Assembly: GCA_025594325.1 (NCBI GenBank)
Contig: JANHCV010000008.1
Span: forward strand, 434,001 to 498,000
Length of the DNA: 64,000 bases
Source: Blastocladiella emersonii ATCC 22665
Taxonomy: Eukaryota; Fungi; Blastocladiomycota
Direction of reading: 5' to 3'
The stretch's first letter is position 1, and the number at the start of each line of letters is the position of its first letter. Of the stretch, positions 52,341 through 60,470 are shown piece by piece. Under the pieces are notes generated by a model that did no database searches, was not told where the DNA came from, and saw only the letters and a program-made list of their open reading frames with translations. The position numbers and the translations under genes are program-made.

Positions 52341-55259
52341 CTCGATACTGCTGAATATCATTCACTGACTCATCATGACGCGTTATTCGGCAAATCACGT
52401 ATATTGAGGTGATCGAAACAGCGACCACGCCGCTCGCGCCTGCGCACGCGTTCCACGCGTTGCGTCACACTCGCCGCCCGAAACCACGCCGCCCGAAACC
52501 ACGCCGCCCGCGATCGGCCGGTCTGCGGACACCGCACAGCCCGCGACCGCCACCCGTCACACGCCGCCGCTCCCCCGAGCAGCGACGGCGAACACAACGG
52601 CGAATACCGCCGTACTCGTCGGCCGCGACTCGCGACCGCCGCGTCGAGCCGAAACCAACCGCCATCGCGATGATGGCCAGGTACAGCTCGAGCAGCAGCG
52701 GCAAGCCGCGGCCGCGGACGTGGCGGCGGTCGCGTCCGCCCAGCACCACCGCCTAGTCGTGATGAGGAGAACACGTACATCGATATGCTTGAGCGATACC
52801 GGCTACAATTCACGGCACGCAGGACGTCAGTGAACGGTCCGAGGAGCGCGAGCGAGGCGCCTCGCGACGGCGGCCCGCAAACGAGGCCCGTGAGAGCGGG
52901 CTCCGCTCGCCAGCACGCTCGTCGAGATGCCACGAGAGGCATCGGTGGAGGAGGAGAGGAGAAGACACAGCAGCGTACGTACGGATCAGCGACCAGACGA
53001 GAACAGGCCGACCATGGTTGACATCGACCTTGACACCGACCTGGGACGATTCCGTTAACCTAGACAATGACGAGCGGACACAGTCCAGGTTAGCCATGAG
53101 TTCGGTTGGCCGACGAGACACACACGACCGTCACGGTCAAGCTGGGAGGAGGCGTACCCGTCGCCGTCACGTCGGCCGTGGCGCGCATGCTATACGAGGC
53201 GAATATCTAGACGAGGGGCGGCCGCGGGGGAGAAGAGTGCCTTGCTGAGCAGAGGGCGGGCGCGCGAAGCTTAAATACCGCCGCGGCGGAAGGACCCTCC
53301 CGGTCTCAGCAAGAACGCGAGCGAAGGGGTTCGAAACCTTGTTCGGTCCCCACGACGCGTCACGTGCAGATGACCGCCGCGTCCACAACTGCACGGCTGG
53401 CTCGCACGCCGTTGCACGAGTCATGCTACCCGTGTCGCAAAATCCTCAAAGGTTTTTTCAACACGACACAGAACTGAATAAGGCACTGCTTGCAACGTAT
53501 TTAACGGAAGAAATACAATCAAATGCGTCCAACTGGTGCCCTGGCGCTGTGTCGCGCAACGGCGACGCGGTCGCCCTGTTCACGCACCATCAGAGGGCGG
53601 GTAGAACAGCTTGTGCGACGGGACATCGGGATGCTCTGCGAGCACCTCGGCCTCGCGAATCCGGTCCTGGCGGTTAGTCTCGATGGTCGAGTCCGCGTGC
53701 CGCGCGGCCATGTCGAAGCCGAGGGTCGCCTGCTCGCTCGCGCGCACGTCAAAAGGGACGAGCATTCCCGCCATAGGCATCTCGGGCGAGGCCGCGAAAT
53801 GGTCGACTGCGACGACGGCCAGGCGCCGGTTCCCGCGCGCGTGATGCTGAGGTGAGGGCGTGGATGCGTCATCCTCACCAATCTCGGCGGGATGGTAGAG
53901 CGCAATCGGGCGCACCCGATCGATAAGGCGCACAATCTACACTCGTCCCTCGCGTGTCAGTCAACCGCGACAAAAAGACGCCCATCACGCGTCCACATAC
54001 CTTGGCGCTGCGCCACGAGGGGCGACGCCGCTTGACCTTGGTGACACAGTCGCCGACGACGAGCCTGAACTCAAACTGCAGCAGGTCATGCACCGACTTC
54101 TCGCGGTTGGCGGGGACGAGGCTCCCACACTGGCCGAGCTGCGCGACAAACTGATGCACCGGGTGAAACCTGCCCCGCCCTTGGCGCCGACGACGGATGC
54201 GTTGAAGTCCACTGTGCGTGGCGCGAGGCGCGCAGCTGTGCGTAGTAGGGCGCCATCGAGTCGGTATCGCGCGGTGGTCCCTCTAGATGCAGAACCGGTA
54301 CATGACGCTCCCGACGACTTTGCGTGGGCGATCTTCGGTCGCCGCCATGGTCGCTCAAGGGTACAGCATGGTAAGGACGTGCGCATGCGCGAGCCCCGCG
54401 GCGAGCAGGCACGCGGCGGCGTACAGACCCGCGGTGAGCGGCGGGGCGCGAGTATCGGCGCCCGTGGCCAGCTGGGCGTGCAGGACGGCAGCGACGGCGA
54501 GGAGCCTTTGGAGTACGTCGCGCAAGAACGAGGTGACGCGCAGGGCGGCTCAGCACATAGCGCGGTTGGCGGTGGCCAGGTCCGCCGCGACAAACAGCGC
54601 CTGGAGCCAGCACAGGGACGGCGACACGAGCGGGTACCTGGTGAACGGCGGAACGGGGATATCAAGGACAATCACAACGAAGTGCGGGAGGACCTGATGC
54701 AGGTCGCGGTCTCCCGCCGCGCTTTCCGTGTTGGCGTCCATTCACCTGGCACGCATCGTGATACCGCGCCTGTTACGGGAAACGCTCAGCAACAAGCAAG
54801 CGCTCACCGTCTTCTCGCGGCGCTGGAGCGCGGCCGCGCCAGCAACTCATGGCCTCGAGCTTGTGTCGGCGCTCGCGCGGTGCACGGGTTTCTTCGAGTA
54901 CGTCGGCCAGGTCTTTGCGCAGGTGACGCTCGTCAACGAGGTCGACTACTTGCATGACGACCTCGCCGACAACTTCCCCAAGCGGATCGAGATCGCGGGC
55001 GTGCGACGGATCGAGGAGCCCTTGGACGCTGGCGACGGCGCCCACCTGGCCCTTCCAGTGCAGGCCATCACGGCGCGCGTGTGCAGCGACCGGCGCTTGA
55101 CGCGGTCGGAGCGGCGGAGAACGGTCGAGGCGCCGATCACCACGGTGGACGCCACGACGACGCGGGCAAGCTGGATCGCGTGCGAGATCCCGACGTGGAC
55201 GAGCACATAGAAGGCGTTGCAACTAGTATACATGGTATATTCATTGAGTAACGGTGGGA

Positions 55260-55440
55260 GTGCTTAGGCCGAGGTTAAGGGAAGGGTTAGCGTGATGGAG
55301 TTGCAAACCGGGCCAAACTCTATCCTAAGCCGCACGCCAAGCTAAGCTTTCCTAACCGAGGTGCTAGCTCAGGGACTTTGGCGCGTGGCGCCGATCGCGA
55401 TCGCACCGCATCTAAGCCCGCCTAACCGCAGCCCTAACCT
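55260..55440. repeat. Right subterminal array of the same motif
   Basis: GGTTAG 55285; CTAACC 55352, 55422, 55434; variants GCTTAG, GGTTAA and CTAAGC (3 copies). Confidence 0.85.
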
Positions 55441-56231
55441 GGGTGCTTTTTCACTGTGGTGCTCAACGTTCTTGCCGCTCCACGCCGCCACTGGCTTTGT
55501 ATGACGCTCAACATTCAACCCGACTCCGCAAAACAGATGATTGAAGGCACTCCGGTTTTCTTTGGTGGCGTGACCCATGTTCTGCAAGCCGTCCGCAAGG
55601 CCGATCCTCCCAGGTTGTACCCGTTCCACATGTACGTCATCCCAAGGACGATGAACAGCGATGACTGGCTGATACTAACCGCGTTACAATCGGCCATCCT
55701 AGCATGGAGAAAGGTTCGACTACCACCAGTCCGTACTCTGACCCTCGCGAACTGCGCGCGATCCGTGTTTCGATCAACTCGTACACGTCAGTGACAAGAT
55801 CCGCCAGGAAGACGGTATGCTCGCTTCCCGAGTTCGAGCTGTGCGCGCCGCAGCCGCAGCCAGCCTGGTCACTCCCGATGAACTCGGGTAAGAAACTTGG
55901 GTATCGCGGCAACACCAATAAGCCGTACGAGGTCAAGTTTCTGGATAAGCCAATTATTCGTACGGTGGTTTACCTGGAGTTGCTGTAACGGCCGGCTGAT
56001 CGGAATGTGCTGATCTTGATTATATTCCACATCATAATGCTTTATTTCCTTGCTCAGGTAGCCTGCGTGCGACGTTAGACGCGTCAGACGTTGAAGGTTT
56101 GAGCAATCTTTCGCTGCGACGCTCGTTGTTGGTTCAGATGTCCAGTAATGCCGGACGGATAGAGCCAAAAACGTCACCTTTCCTCAAATAAAACCTTTAA
56201 TAGCACTCCGATCAAGAACAACACCAGCAAC

Positions 56232-58169
56232 TTACAACGGCCGCGACTTGGACTTGGCCTTCCCCGGGCTCCTCGCCGCCGCGGCCGCGGTCGCAGCAGC
56301 CCCGGCCGCGCTACTGCTCCCGCCCACCCCGAACCCCGCCAATGACTGGTTGACGGGCGTCTGCCACGCGGTCTCGTCGACCATCTCGGTCGAGATCTCG
56401 ATCCCGCCGACGATCCGGCTGCCCTCAAGCGACGCCGACGCCTCCTCGTACAGCGACCCGGACGCGATGGCCTTGGCGACGCGCCAGTTGGGCACCGCGC
56501 CGACGTGCGTCGCCGTCGACTCAATGACCTCGGGAAGACGTCCGCCATGGCCGCCAGCTGCGCCCGGCGCCGACGAATTCGTGGCCACGGCGGCCGCGGC
56601 CGCAGCAGCGAGGGCCACGTCAATCGTCGACGGACCCGTGTTGGAGTGGATCGCGTCGATCCCGAGAATCCCGAGCTTGCGCGTCCACGACGGGATCCCC
56701 GAGAGGCCCGACGGGTCGGACGCCGAGATGGTCCCGCGGCGGCTACGCACCCCCGCGAGCGTGGCAGGCGCGCCCGTACGATGACCGCCACCACCACCGC
56801 TATCGCCGAGCATGTCCCGCGGCGGCGTGACCGCGTACCGCGCGAGCGTCGTGAACTCGTCGTTGTACGACTGCGACGTGGACCGCGTGCGCAGCGAGCT
56901 GAGGTACAGGAGGAGCTGCGCGTACAGGAGCGCGGGCGGGTTCGGGAACATGCCTGCGGCGGACCCGACGGCCGTCGCCTGGATCAGCGACCCCGCTGCG
57001 TACAGCATCAGGAGCGCGCTCAGCAGCAGCCGGCCCTCCTCGCGCACGAACAACGGGTCGATGACGAGACGGTCGATGCGTTTCCGAGGGAGTGACGGCG
57101 ACGTGAGCGAGGGTGTCGAGAGGGACGTGGAGGAGGTGACCGAGGCGCAGCGCGCGGCGTCGGTCGGCGCGGGAACCGGGCCCGCCGGTCGCGGTGGGGT
57201 TGAGGTCGGGGCGGGTGACCGCGAGCTGCGCCGCCGCGAGAGACTATCCGCTGCCGCCGCAGCCTGGCCGTCGCGGTCGGCGGGCCCTTCGGTCAGGTTC
57301 GTCAGGAGCGGGGCGCCGCCCGACCGGCGGCGGCCGTCGGCCTGCTGCCGCGGCAACGAGAGCGGGCGCCCGGTAGGGGAGCTGAGCTGCTCGACGGACG
57401 GCGACCACGAGATGGAGCTCTGGCGGCGGATCCCGAGCGACGGCGACGGGGCTTTCGCGGCCTTGGAGATATCGGACATGGACACGGCTTCGCGGCCGCG
57501 CGATTTCGAGATGTTGGAGGACGGAGGGCGAGGGATGGATAGAGGTGCGGGCGAGTCCATGCCGGCGTCCGCAGCGATCGAGACGCGCCGGCGCGCGCGG
57601 ACCCGTCGCGCGAGCGAGGCCGCGAGCATGCCGCCGACGGCGAGCTCACACGCGGCCCAGAACCCGGCCAGAATGTACGTCGGCCACTTGACGCGGACCG
57701 CGTCCAGCTGCGTCAGCCGCGCGGTGCACGCCGACGTGTCCGTGTCCGAGAAGGCGTAGGCGAAGGCGAGCAGGATCCAGTACAGGATGATCGAGACGAT
57801 GCCCGCCGCGCGCGACAGCAGCATGGCAAAGTCCGGGCGGCCGCGGAACAGCACGTGTCCGCGGGAGACGAGGTACGTGATGCGGAACGCGTCCTTGACG
57901 GACCACACGAGGTCGGCCGCGAACATCATCGAGACCCGGCCGCACACCGTGAGCAGCGGCTGGGCGGTGGTCGCGGTGTAGTGGATGGCGAAGCCCAGCG
58001 CGTCGAGCGCGAGCATCCAGCGCAGCCAGCGGCGGTCAAGGTTGCGCTGCGACGGCGCGGCGTAGCGGGGCCGGTCGCCCAGCTCGAGCGCGACCGCGAC
58101 GATCAGCGTCGCGAACGAGACGAGCCCGCCGGCTTCGGCCAGCTGGTCCCGGATCGAGGTGGACGCCAT
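56232..58169 (-). CDS. Seven-transmembrane GPCR-like protein with a very long third intracellular loop
   Basis: Five hydrophobic segments in the first ~190 aa, a ~150-aa S/P/R-rich loop, two more hydrophobic segments, then a long S/G/A-rich tail. Cys at the start of TM3 (LTVCGR) and in the TM4-TM5 loop (SACTAR). Confidence 0.65.
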   Translation of the reverse strand: MASTSIRDQLAEAGGLVSFATLIVAVALELGDRPRYAAPSQRNLDRRWLRWMLALDALGFAIHYTATTAQPLLTVCGRVSMMFAADLVWSVKDAFRITYLVSRGHVLFRGRPDFAMLLSRAAGIVSIILYWILLAFAYAFSDTDTSACTARLTQLDAVRVKWPTYILAGFWAACELAVGGMLAASLARRVRARRRVSIAADAGMDSPAPLSIPRPPSSNISKSRGREAVSMSDISKAAKAPSPSLGIRRQSSISWSPSVEQLSSPTGRPLSLPRQQADGRRRSGGAPLLTNLTEGPADRDGQAAAAADSLSRRRSSRSPAPTSTPPRPAGPVPAPTDAARCASVTSSTSLSTPSLTSPSLPRKRIDRLVIDPLFVREEGRLLLSALLMLYAAGSLIQATAVGSAAGMFPNPPALLYAQLLLYLSSLRTRSTSQSYNDEFTTLARYAVTPPRDMLGDSGGGGGHRTGAPATLAGVRSRRGTISASDPSGLSGIPSWTRKLGILGIDAIHSNTGPSTIDVALAAAAAAAVATNSSAPGAAGGHGGRLPEVIESTATHVGAVPNWRVAKAIASGSLYEEASASLEGSRIVGGIEISTEMVDETAWQTPVNQSLAGFGVGGSSSAAGAAATAAAAARSPGKAKSKSRPL

Positions 58170-58859
58170 GGCGTGGGCGGCAAGGTTGCAGGTAGTGCTT
58201 ACAATTATGCGTGGTTCATGTGCATGGCACTGGCGGTAAGCTTCATTGACCCCGGGTTGTGCGAGAGCGCATTCGTTTATCCCGGCCCGATCGATCCCAG
58301 AACGACGGGTGGTCCCGACTCGTGAGCGGGTGACACCGGATATCAGGTTTGCGCCGAGTGCAAGGGAGACATCGGGTGGGTGCAGCCCATGAGCTTCGCG
58401 AACGCGCCCGAAGGGTGCGAGACGTGGCGGACGCGACCGTCAGGTGACCGCGTTGCGCCACAATTTGCCACGAGACGCGTTTCTCTGACGATGCAGTTGA
58501 TGGCTCAAGGTGCATCGAAGCATGATCCTAACTTCCAGCGGGTTCATGAGCGCACCGGCGGGACCCACAACAACCCGCTATCGCCCTGCGCGCGCGCGTA
58601 CTTGCCACGCTCAGCGAGGACCCGCTCGTGTTACGGCGATGTGACGCGCCGCAGAGTCGCCCGTTGAGGTGCAAGTCCTGCTTCTGCTCGAGCCTTCCTT
58701 CAAAGTCAGACTTGACGCGCGCCTAGAAGCTTATCGCCCTCAGCGGAAGTGCGCGGGAAGCAGTCATCGCAGGGTGAAGGCCTGGGCAAGGGCGACGAGT
58801 CCAAGCGCGAGGCCGCGCCGCCGCCCGCGCGTGAGCAGGCGCGCATCGAGCTTCGCGCC

Positions 58860-59115
58860 GCCCCTTGATACGGGCGCGCAGGAGGTCAGCGAGTGGTGCT
58901 ACATCGTGAACAGAAACCGTAGCGCCAAACCCGTCGCTTTCTCGCTGCTCGACGAGTACGTGTCCACGACCACATTCGCGCCCGTCACCGACTTCAAGCC
59001 CGAGTCAGCGCTCAGCAAGGCCATCAACGAGGTCGCCCCATCGACTTTGAAAACGGCTCGTGGAACCCGCCTCTTCGAAGCGCAGGAAGACTTTTATCCC
59101 CAAGTCCTCGCGTAA
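58860..59115 (+). pseudogene. Possible gene fragment of unknown family
   Basis: EVSEWCYIVNRNRSAKPVAFSLLDEYVSTTTFAPVTDFKPESALSKAINEVAP has host-like C/G-ending codons but no clear start and no recognisable domain. Confidence 0.25.
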
Positions 59116-59795
59116 GCAATGGTCGTGAGAGAGTCGACCGGTAGCCGAGCAAGCTGGACGCGTGCGGGATTCGGCGCTGCACCGCTCGCGCCGCAACGTG
59201 AAAGGTAGTTCAGCTGAAAAGTGGCCGACAGCAGGTGGTCGAGACTGCGACGTGTCGAAAACGTCGAACCCGTCAGCGGGAACAAGGGCTTTGGGTCACG
59301 GAAGCTCAATTCAGCAGCTGGCTCGCGAGTTGTCGATTCAAGGCGTGAGCAAGGCCGAAGTCGACCTGGCTTGAGACGGTGAAGGAAGGTCCACGCGGCT
59401 TAAAGAAAAAGGATGAAAGACTGGCAAAAGGTGGCAGACGTGGGGGGTAGGCAGGCAGTGGTGTCTTCGCTCGCCCGTTCCCAACTGCCATATCGCCGAC
59501 CCGACCAACCCAGCCTTGCATGATATTAATCGATAGCCACAGTCTTCTAAAACACGTTGCGCATAGTCCACGCACTCCATAAAGTGTGCGGGAAGCTCCA
59601 TGGGTCGAGAAGGGGGAGCGGGAACCGAAAGTTGAGCGTCAGGTGACGTGCGCCATCGGGCCGAAAACAAGTTTTTCTCTTCTCGCTGCTCGCAACGGTT
59701 CCCGCTCGCCAGTCCCCGAATACTGCAACGTAACTGCCGACGGATCGACCCGCGCGACTCGCTGCATCGTGCCCGCCGCCTTTATCGAAACCACG

Positions 59796-60401
59796 ATGCT
59801 CCGCTCGCTTGCTTCCTCTGCGCTGCGCGCCGCCGCGCCGGCGCTCGCCCGCCCCATGGTCCCCGCACTCGCCGCGCGCACGTTCGCGACGACGTCGGTC
59901 CGCGCGACGACGCACGTGCGGATCCAGCAGGAGGCGACGAACGTGGCGCACTACGACGTGGACGGGCGCAGCGCGCTGTTCGCCAAGTCGTCGGCGGACC
60001 GGCTGCGCGCGGGCAGCATTGTGCAGATCACGTCGCTGACGTCCATGACCAAGGGCAAGCCCGTGACGTTTGCCGGCGTGGTGACGGCGGTGCGCCACAA
60101 GGGCATTGACACGTCCGTGACGCTGCGCAACTACGTGCTCAAGACGGGTGTCGAGCAGACGTACAAGGTGTACTCGCCCATGGTCACCGCCATCAAGGTG
60201 CTCAAGCCCAACGCCTCGTTCCGCCGCAACAAGCTCTACTACCTGCGCGACGCACCCAAGCTCGTCAAGTGGGGCATGATCGACGACCTCGTCAAGACCG
60301 ACGCCAAGAAGGTCGCTGCCGAGGCTCAGGCTAAGGCTGACGCGGCTGCCGCTGCCCAGAGCGCACGGGGCAAGAAGGGCGCCAAGTCCAAGAAGGCGTA
60401 A
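59796..60401 (+). CDS. MRPL19: Mitochondrial ribosomal protein bL19m
   Basis: Presequence MLRSLASSALRAAAP; LRAGSIVQI...FAGVVTAVRHKGIDTSVTLRN....GVEQTYKVYSPMVTAIKVL...RRNKLYYLRD. Confidence 0.93.
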   Translation: MLRSLASSALRAAAPALARPMVPALAARTFATTSVRATTHVRIQQEATNVAHYDVDGRSALFAKSSADRLRAGSIVQITSLTSMTKGKPVTFAGVVTAVRHKGIDTSVTLRNYVLKTGVEQTYKVYSPMVTAIKVLKPNASFRRNKLYYLRDAPKLVKWGMIDDLVKTDAKKVAAEAQAKADAAAAAQSARGKKGAKSKKA

Positions 60402-60470
60402 CATGTTTCTCCTCTCTTCACCTCTTAGTCTTTGTCCCTCAACACCATACATGTATTCCGGTAATCTCCC

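Larger units (their letters stand above)
51960..55458. mobile_element. 3,499-bp cut-and-paste DNA transposon, CMC/CACTA-like, apparently non-autonomous
   Basis: Left TIR CACAGTGAAAAGGCACCCCGGTTA (51960-51983); right TIR reverse complement CACAGTGAAAAAGCACCCAGGTTA (55435-55458), 22/24 identical. 2-bp TSD GT (51958-59 and 55459-60). Subterminal repeats at both ends. The empty site restores the host ORF. Confidence 0.9.
50846..55988 (+). pseudogene. BTB-BACK-MATH-like array copy 4, split by a transposon; introns 51276-51341 and 55632-55702; 1-nt deletion near 51790
   Basis: 5' half MNQTKKLPTLDESLSTECEC...SQSP; 3' half VLNVLAAPRRHWLCMTL..PVFFGG...IIRTVVYLELL*. Removing 51960-55458 plus one GT restores the frame (SQSPVLNVLAAPRRHW, compare QAPALESILAVRRHC in copy 3). 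Confidence 0.88.

Noticed and set aside
51962-55456. Classification as Tc1/mariner (CAGTG...CACTG ends)
   Set aside because: This would need TA target duplications, but the flanks would be CA and TG. Only the CACAG ends with a GT TSD restore the host frame.
51960-55458. Classification as Transib/RAG-like, including an RSS nonamer
   Set aside because: The 5-bp flanks differ (CCAGT vs GTGCT). After a 12-nt spacer the sequence is GGTTATGAA, not ACAAAAACC. No RAG1-like ORF seen. Only the heptamer matches.
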